From positions 8,806 through 72,805 of the forward strand of contig CASHTH010003779.1 in NCBI GenBank assembly GCA_030341885.1: 64,000 bases of DNA, in the 5' to 3' direction. This DNA comes from Geodia barretti (Eukaryota). Under the pieces are notes generated by a model, which worked only from the letters and a program-made list of their open reading frames with translations, was not told the origin of the DNA and made no database searches. Positions within the stretch are counted from its first letter, which is position 1; the number at the start of each line of letters is the position of its first letter. The translations under genes and the position numbers were made by a program. Positions 1 through 13,284 of the stretch are shown here, piece by piece.

Positions 1-3000
1 ATCCGTTACCAGGGCCGCACTGTTCCAAACTCAGACAAGGGAGCCCTCTCCCAACACATCATGGGCTACGAGACTGATACACAGTCGGTGCGTGAACATT
101 GCCTCTCTACTGGCTTCTTGGGCCATTGCATCACGGTTTACCTCCACACAAGTACAAACATGTTTTCCATTGTCTTTCCATTGTCTAGTCTAACCCCTAG
201 CCCTGCCCACTTCTTGTAGTCCATTGTCTATGATTTATGTGAAGTAGGAACCTTCTTTAACCATAGAAATGGTGAGTGTTCCAGAGCCCATATATTCCCC
301 ATGTGTAGTGGTGTGCTGGGATTGTATAATGACTCCAGGGTTTACTCAAACAGCCCTGTTGAGGGTGGCTTATCAAGTAATGTTTTGCTGTTTTTGGAGT
401 AGATGTGAGTCTGTGGTCTATGAGACTAATGACTGTTGTAGTGCCCCTTCTTCCTCCAAACCACTCGCATTATTTTTATTTGCCATACAGCTGTACGTGT
501 CCAAAGACCTTGGGGACACCTGGGTGTTCATGGGGAGTAACATCAGTCGCTACCGGTGGAGGGTACTGGATGAAGAGTTTGAGTCCAACACTTCATTGTA
601 CTTTGAGAAGGACATCAATGGTGAGCATAATGCACAGGCCCGCAGGCGGTGGGCAGTGGCTGATTATTGTGCTTACTTGGCATGGGCTGAACCGGAAGCA
701 ATCGCCGATGCTTTTAATTTCTTACGCTGTTTGCCGTGAGAAAAGTGTTCATACTTGCTGGGAATGCAAGGCGGCGTGTGCCTTCATTTCCTGTGCCAGG
801 GTTTTACTCCTTGATTACCAATTATTGCCAGTCCCTCTTTTAATACTACAGTTACCCCTCTCTCACAGACACCCACGCTGTCCTCATGACTTCCCGTGAC
901 CCGTACTCCGAGACCGAGACCGTGGAACTGGATCCGGGGCTGGGACCGATAAAAATCAACTCCACAGTCTTGAACCACGAGTATATCCTGGTCCAGAGGA
1001 TCACGGAATCAAACCCCGTACCGCTCTGGGTCAGCGCTTACCGACGCCCTTTCCGGCAGGCCGTCTTCCTCGAGCCAATGGAACAAGCAGTAAGTCTCAC
1101 ACTTATAATAACTATTGCTCTTAACTTCCATTTTTACACTTGGAGTTATAGTGCCCCTTTTAGCCACTTTTATTACCACGATTGACCGCTTGATCCTTCA
1201 TGTGGTGTGTTTGCAGCACTATGCAGTGATGGACGCCAGCGAGCACCGAGTGTTCCTGGCAGTAGAGCACGCCAACAGCAGCGACATACATCTGTACATC
1301 TCTGACGCGGAGGGAGTCTACTACAGTCTGTCCCTGGACCACGTGGTGGCCACTGAGGACTGGGGAAACGATGACAAGCCTTCCTTTGATATCCACGTGG
1401 TCAGTCACATTTTTCACTGGGGGGAGGAGGAAGAGGAGGAGGGGGTCGAAGGTATAACGGAAGACAATTCGTCGGCCCAGTTAGGGAGGAGTAAAGCTGT
1501 TTTTGTGCCCCCTTTACCTCCGTCTTTGTAGGAGAGAATAAGTGTAGAAAGCAGTGTATTGTTGTAGGAGAGAGTGACAATAGTGTATATATTCTGTTGT
1601 GTATTAGGTGGGAGGTATGGATGGGATGTACATGGTTAACGTGTACGATGGAGACAATGTCAAGACTGTCATCACCTACAACAAGGGAAGTCGCTGGCGC
1701 TCATTAGCAGCTCCTCCCGTGGACTCAGACGGCCAGCCGACTCTCTGTCTGCCGGTTAGCAGGGGAAGTCCCTGTAATCAGAAAGCAATTACCACAGTTT
1801 CTGTCCTTCACCAGGGCTGCTCCCTCCATCTCCGCATGGACACCGATGCACCTCTCGGGTACTCTTCCATCAGCTCCAAGAGATCGGCAGTCGGTCTCAT
1901 TATGGCTCAAGGTAAACATGTGGTAATACCTCCGAACCCACACCCACGTTCCCTTACACTGTCTATTGAGTGGTTTAAATGTATGTGCATCTTTTTCTGC
2001 CAAATTATATCATTATGCTCATTAGATTTTTAAGGCCCGCCACCTGCATTTGGCAGACAGCCACACAGTGGATTCCTCAATGCCTACTCTTGTAAGAGGC
2101 TGTGCATGGCCCTTGTTACGAAGTCAAGATTGCGCAACTTGTTTTGGATGCTCTGACAGGGTCGCCCGCCCACACACTCGCATACTATAGTGTCTACAAC
2201 CATATCATAATACACCAAAGTCTTTGGAGCGCTTAATAATAAATTTACAATTATGTAACAGCGGAAATACATTCAGCATGTACAATGACATCGTAGCAAA
2301 GCTCCCAAGTGCATGCAGCATCAAAACACACCATTGCGATAGACTCTGAACGGTGGCGAATGTACGAAGAGCTGTGTATACTATTTCCCATTGGGGTTCA
2401 TGTGTTTGGCAACGGTGCTTACAATAGCAAAGCTCCCAAGTGCATGCGATATGATAGATAGAGTGGCTAATATATATACACATTTTCCCCCAAAGGAGTT
2501 TATTTCATAGGTGTGTTTGGCAGTGGTGCTATTGTGTGGTCTCCCCTCCTTCCCTCCCTCCCTCCCTCCCTCCCTCCCTCCCAGGAAATGTTGGGGAAGG
2601 TCTGAGTGGCGAGGGAGATCTCCTGGGTTTGTACATCTCTCGCGACGGAGGATTCTCGTGGTCCCAGGTGGAGAGAGGACACTGGACCTTCCGGATGGTG
2701 GCTCTTGGCTCTGTCATAGTCATGGCTCCCAAGAGAACTACGGTGGACCCTCTGGACTTTGTCACGTACGTTTACACCACCTCCATCACACACACACACA
2801 CACCACACACACACACTCACACACACACACGTGTGCACACGCAATGTACGTATTAAACCTTCCGTGTCGGTAATCTAGTAGTTGAACACATTGAAAGTTG
2901 CTGACAGCACACGTACATATGCACGTGCAGGTGGGCAGTGTACTTAGTGTCCCTTCTGTCATCTCCCACTCTCTCTAGGTGGTCGTGTGACGAAGGAGTC

Positions 3001-3457
3001 ACCTGGACCCGCTACGTGTTCACCACCACACCAATGAGACTCATCGGGCTCCTGTCACAGAAGGGGGAGAAATCCAGACGTGTCACGTACGGAGCACTCT
3101 CACTACTGTATATACTCCTCCTGCAAGTAGTGAAGCTCACACAGCAGGGCCTTGCTAGGGATTTACTCTTCTCTTTCTTTGAGTTCTCACTCTATTGGCT
3201 CTGTTACGTACACAAACTCTAGGGAGCTACTCCAACAATGTGACTCTCTGTCTCTGTTGTCGATGGCCGCGACTATAATATTGACTCTGTTTTACTCAGG
3301 CTCTTTGGCTACCTGCGTGGCGTCTCTCCCTTCTCATGGCTCTGTTATTGATCTGGACTTTTCCGTCGCCGTCCCAGACCAGTGCTCCTACCCCAACGAC
3401 TACTTTGAATGGCTTCCTTCAGATGGGGTAAGCCACACACACACACACACGTAAACC

Positions 3458-3519
<62 letters not shown>

Positions 3520-6500
3520 CTCTCTCTCCTCTCTCATACTCTGCCATGTACTGTATCTGTTGTGTACAATGCAGAGAACTGACAGGAGGTGTGTACTTGG
3601 GGTGGAGAAGACATATGAGAGGCGAAATAGCACCGCCTGCTGCTACATCGATCCTGACTATGTGCGAGCCATTAACAATGCCTCCTGTCCTTGCAGTCGC
3701 GAAGACTACGAATGGTAATCTTGTCTTGCATAGTTATAGTAGTAGACAAGTTTTCATGTACTGTATTTAGTAGTGTGCACAAAACTTTATGGTGACATTT
3801 ATAATATAGCTATCTACTTTTGACACAACAACACGTTCTGCTATAATTTTGAGTGCCTTGTTCTTCTTTGTGTGTGTGTGTGTGTGTGTGTGTGTTGGCA
3901 GTGATGTAGGGTACAGACTGGAGGCACCAGGTGGGAGGTGTGTTGATAGATTCCCTCCTCCGCCAGACAACTGCACCGAGGGAGCATACTACCTCAGTCC
4001 ATCTGGGTACATACATACGCCTACAGGGAGGGGGGTATGCAATACTTTGCAGGAGTAGCTGCAGAGTATTGGGCTGTCAGTTTTCGTAGCTCTGCACCGT
4101 TTAGCAGTGTGGAAACAAACCCTGTAGAGGTCAATGATGAGAGTGCATGTGTGTTTTTCTACAGGTATCGTAAGGTGGTTGGTGACATGTGTAACGATCT
4201 GCTTGGCTCGCAATTCCTGGCTGGCCATGTACCGTGTCCGCCAGTGGCTCCGGAAGGACTGGGGATACAGATTGAAGGAGGGCCCAGTTCCGTCTTCCTC
4301 TCCAACCGCAACATCACCTTTGTCATTATGCAGCAACTCGTACGTCTCTCACACAACACCCACCAGCAGAATCCACAGTTTGTCGACTCTCGATGCTAGA
4401 GTTGCTGTGTGTCTTGTGTTGAGCCCTGCTTGCCAAGCTATAACTCGGGGGGTATATAGAGCACTCTGCCTAAACTGCAGTGGCACATGTTTGAATCCAG
4501 CTCTGTTAGAAGATAGTTGCCTTGGGTGTAGTTGTGCTGTTGGCCTTGCCAATGCCCTGGCAACTCTTTGTTGTTCAGCCACCCAATGCACACTTACGCC
4601 CTCCTGTGTTCCACAGGGTTGGGTCAAATCCACGAGCTACACGTGGAACTTTGGCGATGGTATCGTCATCTCTGGCGCTGGACTGGAGAGCATGGCGACC
4701 CAGACCCACAGCTACAGCACCACTGGTCGCTACACCGTCAGTGTGCTGGCCTCCAACCCAGCAGGGAGCAGTTCCATAAACCTCATGATTTTCATTGGGG
4801 GTGAGGTTCTTGGTGTTCTCTATTAGGATATAACGGGAAGCCTGATTGTATTCTTGTACTGGGTCCTTTTGATAAGCCATTATGTCCCTGAAACCTTCAG
4901 TTTAGCCATGCTCCACTGGACAATAATTGCAAAACTTTGAGAAGTGTTTTTGCACACGGCTGAATAGTTTCTCCCTCAATGGGTTTCATGCCTGAGAGAC
5001 TAGGAAGTGAAACCACTTCAGTAGAAATCTACATCGGAGGTATGAACAACAACACGTGCAACTACCAAAGGGTGTCTAACTCGTGTTTTGGAGTAAAATG
5101 CAGCAATGCTGTGATTGCTTGCATGCTTCATCTTCTCAGCTCCAGAAATACAGTCAGTGGTCTTGACCGGAGACTACAGTGAGCCTGGAAACGATATCAC
5201 CATCACAGTCACCATAGGAGAGGTGTGTGAACGTATACTATAGGTCTCGGTCCCACGGGAGACGAGTCTAACCTTGTCTCGCGTAGGGCTCTGCTACTCT
5301 GTACGAGTGGGACTTTGGTGACGGGAGAGTGGAGACCACCTCGGGACACGACAGGGTGGAGGTCCTGACTCACTCCTACGCCAATCATGGAGTCTACACA
5401 GTCTGGGTGACGGCCTCCAACCCAATCGGGAAAAGTTCCATGTCAGTCATCGTACACATCGGAGGTTAGAGTAATGACTGCATTTCCGCCGTTTAACCCC
5501 GTTTTAGCTGCAAACGTAGGCGTTCTTTTAACCCTTCTTCTCCACCTTGCTTCCCTCCAGAGGTACTGGCACAGGGTCTTTCCATAGGTGTCCAGGGAGA
5601 CCAGAGCAAAGCAGGACAAGAGCTCACATTTTCACTCACACAAGAAAAGGTCATTACTTTTCTAACTTTGCGTCAACAACAAATAATTTCCCCCTGGGTT
5701 TCCGAGTAAGATCCCATCGTTTAACGTCAATGCAGGGATTGACCGAGGAGACTATTTACACTTGGGACTTTGGTGACGAATCAGACGAGGTTGAGATAAA
5801 GGGGTTGGACGCGGCGGGTACACAGAGGTACACGTACGCCAGCGACGGTCACTACAGTGTCAGAGTGACTGCCTCCAACGAGGGAGGAAGGAACAGTATC
5901 GTCATCGACGTCACCATTGGAAGTAAGAGAGAAGGAACGAGCGCTTCAATACACGTTCGTAGCTTTTGAGGGGTTAGTGAATTTCGTGGTCGGGAAGAGC
6001 CCATGTACAAGATCTTTTTTTGGTTTGGAGACAGCATATTAATGTCTTCTCCACAACGCAGCACCTCCGTCTCCTGGTTCGGAAAAGTTCATCGGCAGCG
6101 ATGATGAAAAGGAGAAGAAGAGAGCAACTGGTCTTGGGGTGGGTCTGGTGATTCTGTTCCTCGTGGTCATCCTGGTTGTTGGAGCCTTTATCATTGTCTT
6201 CTTCTGGTATAGAAAGTGAGTTTCCCACTCCTACGATAGACAATGTTTTTAATTACTCTCCTTCTCCACATTGTGCTGTACTCCTCAATTTTCCTCCCTA
6301 ACTCTCCTACGATAGACAATGTTTTTAACTGCTCTCCCTCCCCTTCACAATTCTTCCATCTCTTCTTTCTTCCTGCCCCTCTCCCCTCATCAGGCGATAC
6401 GTGAACCTTGAGGGACAGTACAAGACACTGCGAGCGGGGACCACTGGAGATCCAATGGCCCTCTCCATATCTGCCAGTGAGCTCCAGGTAAATGCTGGTC

Positions 6501-6617
6501 GTGTCGCGATAGTTCTGTCTCACAGGTCTGTCTGTCTGTCTGCAGGAGGATATTGGCTACTCAAAGGATTCTGAGGCTGATGACACGCGCCTTGTCAGTG
6601 ACGATGGTGAACTATAA
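1..6617 (+). CDS. VPS10-domain receptor, SorCS/sortilin-like; the 5' end lies outside the window. Multi-exon. The ectodomain contains VPS10 beta-propeller and 10CC segments followed by three PKD-like domains, then a single transmembrane helix and a short cytoplasmic tail. Approximate exons: 1-87, 491-620, 869-1089, 1217-1399, 1608-1911, 2586-2764, 2979-3088, about 3300-3430, about 3575-3710, about 3901-4008, about 4163-4339, about 4616-4800, about 5165-5245, about 5290-5465, about 5557-5650, about 5737-5925, about 6063-6215, about 6398-6490 and about 6543-6617 (TAA stop).
   Basis: Translated exons carry VPS10 signatures: 'LYVSKDLGDTWVF', 'HYAVMDASEHRVFLAVE...LYISDAEGVYYSLSLDHVV' and 'MVNVYDGDNVKTVITYNKGSRWRSL...CSLHLRMDTDAP'. 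The 10CC region has a cysteine pattern ('RTDRRCVLGVEKTYERRNSTACCYIDPDYV...SCPCSREDYEW', 'YRKVVGDMCNDLLGSQF'). Three PKD-type motifs follow: 'YTWNFGDG...YTVSVLASNPAGSS', 'YEWDFGDGRVE...VYTVWVTASNPIGKSS' and 'YTWDFGDESDE...HYSVRVTASNEGGRNS'. A hydrophobic helix 'LGVGLVILFLVVILVVGAFIIVFFWYRK' precedes the tail 'RYVNLEGQYKTLRAG...EDIGYSKDSEADDTRLVSDDGEL*'. Exons are flanked by GT/AG. The splice phase around 3088/3300 could not be made consistent, so one boundary there is uncertain. Confidence 0.8.
2541..2583. repeat. (TCCC)n microsatellite in a SorCS intron
   Basis: The tccctccctccctccc run is seen directly. Confidence 0.95.
2786..2830. repeat. (CA)n microsatellite
   Basis: Direct cacacaca run. 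Confidence 0.95.
3434..3530. repeat. (CA)n followed by a long (CT)n microsatellite
   Basis: Direct runs. Several ORF-track entries here (for example 3400-3633 and 3767-3976) are translations of these repeats. Confidence 0.95.
3869..3896. repeat. (TG)n microsatellite
   Basis: Direct run. Confidence 0.95.
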
Positions 6618-8181
6618 GTAAACTGCACGCATCAACTGTTTTGGGAAGGTTTTTGCTTGGTTTTTGATTTTGCATGATCTATCATTACATTTTGCGCATG
6701 CACGAATCGATACGTCCCTTGTGGTCCGCATGCAATAGCATTAAAACTTCAAAACTCCTCTACTAGCTTAGCTGCAGGTGCTACGTGTAAACTTTTATGA
6801 ACAAGTATGGGTGTACAACTAAAGTATGAGTAGTGGGAGATGAAGGTCAAAACCAATAGAGCAATTTTCTCTGAAACGGGCTTTGTTGCAAGCTCAAGCT
6901 TGCAGATTAACGCATTAAAAATGCTTTCTCGCTACAAACATTGACAATTAATCCTGCTAGTGATGGGAAGGCACCCACTCTCATGGGAAGTAATTACAGT
7001 TGTCTGAAAGATCAAAAGAAATGACATCTCCCCGTTTTCAGCCACTTGAGAGGTTGGTGCTGTCACATCAAAGTCAGAGAAATAAATTGGATACTTGTAT
7101 ATACCCACTTGAAAGACTGCAGTCAGTCTAAGGCCACACGTTGTGACCTAATCCTCTGCAGTATAAACAGCACGCCCTTAGGGGTGCGACTAAGAGACCA
7201 TGAGGACCACTCCAAACTAAGCTGTGGCAGCTCTTATCCCACTTGAGGGAGAGATAAGGGGACGAGGGGCTGGCAGATGCTTGTCGGCTCATCTTTTCCC
7301 AGGACTCTGTAGCACTTGGACAAAGGGGAAGCGGTTGCTGTGGGTGTTTTGCTACCCGCAGAGTGTGTGGCTGTGAAAACTCTGGGGGGATACTCACAAT
7401 GAGCACTTGAGATCTCCTCGTAGACTCCTTAGGAGCCCTGCAACCTCAAATCCATGAATATGCTTGTTGGCCAGCTATATAAATGCCTTTGCTATAGCCC
7501 CACATATTCTGCTCTGGGAGTCAGCATTCTCTGTGGCCGTTGCTCTACTATGTTCAGACCAAGTTTCCCCTCCCCCCACCACCTGCTCCTAACTCCATGA
7601 TATCTTCTCTTGAAACCTCCAAAGCCACCACCATTACACATTTGAAAGGTGGGGATGTTGAATGCAAAACAGGCCTTTCATTGCTGCTTGTTGTTGGTGT
7701 AATGAAAGGGAAATGAAAAACACAGAGTTCAAAAGGAGTCAGGGGAAATGGTTATGTCACTAGCCATTGTGTGGAACATCAAAGCCTTGATGGAGTGGAT
7801 CATGTCCAGACAGTTGGGTGTCGATCATTTATCACCTCATTAGGAGTCACTTTGCACCCAGCCAGGGAGTGTGCCAGCTATATTTTAAGTGTGTGTAGGT
7901 GGTAGATAAGTGATAAAGTGATAGAGTTGTTACCAGCTTGTTTTCTTTGCAGGGGCGACCCTGAGTATGGGCGACCCTGAGTATGCAGCAAACATAACAA
8001 AATACGCTTAACAAAACGATATCTTCCATTTTCAGCAGCAGTCATCGAACGGCACTTAACAACTGCCCGAAGTTTTCTTCCAGTCCCACGCTGTGTTCTT
8101 TTCTAGGCCTACTAAAACAGTGCATTAGGTTTTTGTTGTTTCTGACGGGTTTACCTTTCACTGATATAACAAAACTTACCA

Positions 8182-8208
8182 CTCTCTCTCTCTCTCTCTC
8201 TCTCTCTC
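8182..8208. repeat. (CT)n microsatellite
   Basis: Direct run. Confidence 0.9.
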
Positions 8209-9056
8209 GCTTTGGTAATCGTTGCTAATGCACAGGAAGACTTTAGCGTGTATGTTTGCATGAGTGTGTGTGTGTGTTTATGGGACACTGATGCATAATA
8301 ATAATAATATAATATGGGTGAAGGTCTTCAGTCAACCCTACAAGCTGCCATGTGGGCAATAGAGAGAGAGTATACTACCTAGCTGGTATGTTGTAGTGTG
8401 TGCCACTTAGCATCAAGTGTTTTGTTTACTGCAACCCACTTACTGGCCTAGCAGTGAACTCTTCTGCCTGAGCTTAATGTTACACTTACTTATTCCGTTA
8501 TCGCGGCTGACTGGCTTGATATCATTATTCAAGACACTTTGCCCTTACGTAGCCACCCTTCCATGGAAACGTAGTGTTTTTGGCATTGAATGGGTGTTTA
8601 ACTACTCACAGTTGGTCCACAAGCCACCGCGTTTACCTAGTTACACACACGACACACATACTTCCCCTGCAAGCCTATAATTATGCATTTGTTAGTACGG
8701 CGGCGGGCGTAGGTCGAGAGTGTCGGTCTGTGTGTTGTATATAATGAAGTGGTTGGTTTGAATACAGGGCAGGATTGGAGGACTGCCTACCACTTCAGCT
8801 CACAGGAGGTCAGAACAGTAGTCATTTGCTGGGCCAATAAAATCTCCACTGGCAGCCTGTCAGTTGCTATACACCTCCTCCATTCACCATTCACACACCA
8901 ATTCCGACACACTTAGCAGACGGCCATTACAAAACAGCCCACTCCGTTCAGCTTCTTTCACGAGTGCAGATGAGTTGTGTGTCTGGAAACAAAGTGTACA
9001 CTCTGTGTTAAAGTGGAAGCAGACTGCCATGGCAGTGTTTTTTAACACTGCACTGT

Positions 9057-9058
9057 GT

Positions 9059-9092
<34 letters not shown>
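9057..9092. repeat. (CA)n microsatellite
   Basis: Direct run. Confidence 0.95.
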
Positions 9093-9095
<3 letters not shown>

Positions 9096-9949
9096 CAGAG
9101 GTGGAAACAGCCGATGCATGCAGGGAGAGTTGGTCGACCACAAGTATTTCTTTCCCAAAGCGGGTCTTTGAGGTATATGGGTTCCTCAAGTGGCTCTTAG
9201 CTGGTGCTGGCCTGATGCACACCCTTGGCAGTGTCCCTGTAGTGGTTTGGGCTTGTCTGCCTCAAAAATGCCGTCAAAACTCACCACTGCCTCAGTAGTG
9301 GCTGGATCCATGACGGAGAGATATAACAGTACACACTCTTAAGGACGCTGTTCCTAGTAATGATGGTGCTCTTAAATAACGAACAGGGTCCCCTCCCTAG
9401 CCTTCGTTACCCTTTTTAGGGCACCTGTTAAGGGGTCAGGTGAAGGAATGTCACATTCTCTGGCAGAGCCTGTTTGGTGATGGCAGAACCAGCTCACTGT
9501 ACTATCTGGGCCTGTGGATCTTTGCCTGGGTAAACTATGGTCACAGATTCACAGGACTCTCTAGATGATAGGTGTGTTTGTGGCCCAGCAGCCCACTTGA
9601 AGCCAGAGTACAAACTCGTCTGGAGTGAGTGCTGTGTAAACACAGCGTGGGAATGCCCGGCCCAGCAAGTGCCCAAGGTATTGTGCCTCAGCTCAGTTTA
9701 GTAGTAGCAGCCCCACTGCAACTTGGAGGCATCTTAGCACCAAAAGGTAAGTATATACTGTGTCCTGCCTTGCCTGGGCTTGAGAGGAATTTCCAGAAAT
9801 GGAAGAAGTTTACAAGTACCTAGGATCAGTTGTGTGTGTGTACACATGCATAGTGAAAGGACAATGGTGCCAAGCCCGTGACAGGGTTTCTAGTGCATAG
9901 AAGAAGCATGTGATTCATGCTGATGAGATTCCGCTCCTCCTAGAATACC

Positions 9950-10121
9950 AATCTTCATGCCTGGCTCCATTTGGCGGGTATGTCTTGTAAGGGAGTGGAC
10001 CACAGCTGAGTTGGCCCAGCGTCAGTCTCGCTGCCTGCGCCACTTAGTCCACTCTAATCTCCACAAGCATGCTCTTCACATTTCCCGACCGCCTCTTGCC
10101 AAGAACCTGAATTCCTCCTTC
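9950..10121 (+). repeat. Dispersed repeat copy A, about 170 bp. It is the inverted partner of 17348-17520.
   Basis: The string 'atgcctggctccatttggcgggtatgtcttgtaagggagtggaccacagctgagttggcccagcgtcagtctcgctgcctgcgccacttagtccactctaatctccacaagcatgc...cccgaccgcctcttgccaagaacctgaattcctcc' recurs as its reverse complement at 17348-17520 with about 2 mismatches. Confidence 0.85.
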
Positions 10122-12702
10122 CCCTGATGTACAGCCTTCTCCATACTCTCCCTGTGAAGAGCCAAGTACACTAGTAGACCGTCATTTGTTAGTCCAAAAC
10201 ACCCTCTCCTCATCCCACACATCTCCACTATACTCTACACTTTGTAGCTCACCATAAATGCTCAATTTGGGAGCACACATGTGTATTTTTAAGTGGATTT
10301 ACTAACTCTACAGTTGGATAATTTTCTAAGGGTTTGGTGCTAATGGTGCAGCAAGTGGCTGACTGGGTGATCACATCTGGCCCTGGGTGCTGATCAGTGT
10401 GTGTGTGTGTGTGCTACTGGATCACACACAGGTGTAGATGCAATGGGTGAGCCATAAAACTGCCCACCAGGCTGATTTCGCCACTCCAAATTCACTGCTT
10501 GCGTTCCTAAAGCTTGCTTGCCGACCGTTTTAACACTTTGTTGTGGATCCATGCTAGCTGATCATGAAGCCTGTGTTGATACGTCAAATTGGACGCAAAA
10601 TTGGAGATGACAGACATACAATGTAAACGTACGCCAATCCATAAAAAAATCCCTGTTGCACTGAATAGTTGGGGCTTGCACGTGCTCTCCTATTTCTCCC
10701 TCTTTTTAAAAACATATGCATCTTTCTCACAGAGTCACTTTCACTTCGCATTCTTCCATAGAATAAAGAGCTACACTATAAACAAAGCGACACAGTCTCC
10801 TTTCGCGGACTACTTGAGCCTCTATGGGTCTCTTCCGATTAAATGCAAGAGTGTGCTTCAAAAACCTGTTGTTGGCCACTCTAAGCAGTGAAGCTGCCTT
10901 TAGTGAGTGCACATTATTGCACATCGTTGTCATTATCGAGAGGATTGTTCGACTGGCCTCTGGCCAAATGCCACTGAAACGGGTTCAGGGAAATTATTAG
11001 GCTACTTCAAAGTAAATCTCATGGCCCCCATAGAACTGCTCTTCCACTGGTGACAGCTTGTACAGCTAGTCCTATGTGAAGTTGGGAGTGCTGCCAAAAT
11101 GCCTATCTTCCCAACCACCCACCTGGCCAAATTCACTAATAGCTCTAACTGCTCCCTTTGTAGCAGGTCCAAAACTGATTAAGCGCCACTCTGAAACTTA
11201 TTAGGTGCTGAGTGGTGGATCCTAGGGGCGCAGGTGCACTGAAGCCACACTGTCTGACCACTTAGGGCTATTGGCCACTTACACAATGCAAATACTCACG
11301 TGGCGGTGGCTTCAGGTATATCAGCAGAAGAGGCATGTACTCTAGGTCCGCCTTCCCACTTTTGTGGAGCCACTCAAGTGTTCCTCATGATCTGCCCACT
11401 AGCCAGTGAAGTGGAAAGCAACAAGTGGCGTCACCCACAGCACAGACCAGTAGTTCCACCCCTGTCTTCCCCCTGGGGTTATTGATGTAGAACACTAATA
11501 GTATGCCTACTTTATGCACAGTCAACTACCTTTTCTTTTGAAGAACAGAGTTAGCTACTGATTTTTGCACTGTTGAACCGCAAAGACCTTTTGTTCAGTA
11601 TGGGGTCGCCATATGCTCTGCCAGTCTCCTTTAACAGCTTCTCATACTATATACATATCTCAAGGTAAGGGTGAACAACAAGGCCTGATACACTCTAATG
11701 CAGATCACTTGCCTCCTAATGGGCCACCTTTTGTTTGCACTAGTTGCTGAACCGGAGATCACGAAAGGAGCCAGTTATAATTCAGTGTTCTCAACGGCGC
11801 AAACACCTCTCCATGTCTACACTGATACTGCTAGGCCAACACACTCCCTCACTGCTGCTAGTATATATGTTCCTGGTTTCGGGGAGACTAGAGTTCTGCC
11901 ACGCCTCGTTGGTTACTGCGGTGTGGTGCTCCAGGAGTGTACCTTTCCCCGCAACTTATCTCAAGTGCGGAGCGCAGAGCAGGCTCATTAGCTGTGGAAA
12001 CTCCACAAGTGGCCACAGGCCTCTATGAAAACATACACACATTCAGGAGCACGCTGCTCCGTGTATTCCCACGACTACCCTAAGTTTGGTCAGAGTACAC
12101 ACACTTCCTGGCACTGGGCAGTTTCTACTGTGTCTCAGTACAATATGAGAACCGTGCAAATCAATGTACAGAAAATGAACTGCTCCATGCCTACTGTGTA
12201 GGGGGGGCAGGTTTCTAAGCATCAAGTTTCGCCTGAGAAACGAGCTGCCAATTTGTGTGGATCGGCCGGTGAATGCCCAGGCGGGGCACGACGCAGTGGT
12301 GGGCACGAAAGGACCTGTTAATCAAGTCATTAATAAGGGCCAATCCCCCTCGTGTGCTGACCATTGTCTTCCTCTTTTCACTCCCTGTGGTGGAGAGGGA
12401 GGGAGGGATGGAGAGGAAGGGAAGATGCTGCCAGAAAGATTCTATTTCCTATGCACATACTTGACACAGTGTAACTTGACCTGCAGACAAATCTCAGTTG
12501 GGGAAAGCACGAATCTGATTTTAAAAATGCAAAGCTCTGCGTGTATCTGCTTTACAAGCTCCTTTTCAGAGAGTTGTGTCGCAACACAAACAATAAATAG
12601 CGAACAAATGAGCGCATCCTCTTATGTCAGGTGGATCGGATTTCTCCGCCAAATTCGTAAAGCGCGGCGTTGTGCGCGTGCGCGGACAAGTCCGCGGGCC
12701 CT

Positions 12703-12709
12703 ATAAAAC
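12703..12709 (+). promoter_or_regulatory. TATA box (TATAAAA) of the NK homeobox gene, about 100 bp upstream of its ATG and preceded by a GC-rich stretch
   Basis: 'gcgcgtgcgcggacaagtccgcgggccctataaaacacgaacg'. The position relative to the ATG at about 12807 is canonical for a TATA promoter. Confidence 0.55.
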
Positions 12710-12806
12710 ACGAACGAGTGCCCAACGCTCGGCTATCACTTACACCGTCTTTGCAGCGATAGCACTTAGTGAAACGAAAGCTACCAAAGCTACCCCTTGT
12801 AGTGCC

Positions 12807-13170
12807 ATGCTGGATATGGACACCTCTGATACCACTGCATCTACATCTCCGGGCTACAAGGCCGACGACCGGTCCCACGGACCCTGCTGCACTTCATTCA
12901 TGATATCGGACATATTACACTCGTCCCTACGTTCTCCGAGGCAGCGCTCTGCGGAAGACTGCAACAGCGAGCCCGACGACGACGCCACGAGCGTGGACGA
13001 AGAACGCAACCACGCCGCCGTACCGAACGGCGCGGCTTCGGACACCGAGTCTGCCGCAGACGGCGAGCGAGAAGACGACGGCCGCGACAGTACCGGCAAG
13101 AACGGAGACGATACCCGAAATGAGGATTGCTGCGGAGCGTCTCCGAAATCGTCCACTGCAGGCTCGCCTG
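12807..13170 (+). CDS. NK-class homeobox gene, exon 1 (N-terminal region with an eh1/TN repressor motif 'FMISDILH')
   Basis: ATG at about 12807, reading 'MLDMDTSDTTASTSPGYKADDRSHGPCCTSFMISDILHSS...'. The exon ends at the donor ctg|gtaagt (13171). Confidence 0.8.
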
Positions 13171-13284
13171 GTAAGTTAGCAACCAAGTCGTTGTAGATAT
13201 TCCCGCACTTCTAACCAATGTTGATGGTGTTGTGGAAACATAGATGGTCACTGACCACTGTTTGTTTTTCTCTGACGTGTGCAG

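Noticed and set aside
2500-3980. ORFs such as 2500-2844, 2511-2873, 3400-3633, 3767-3976 and 3849-4058
   Set aside because: They are translations of (TCCC)n, (CA)n and (CT)n microsatellites inside SorCS introns (poly-HT, poly-RE, poly-SL peptides). They are not genes.
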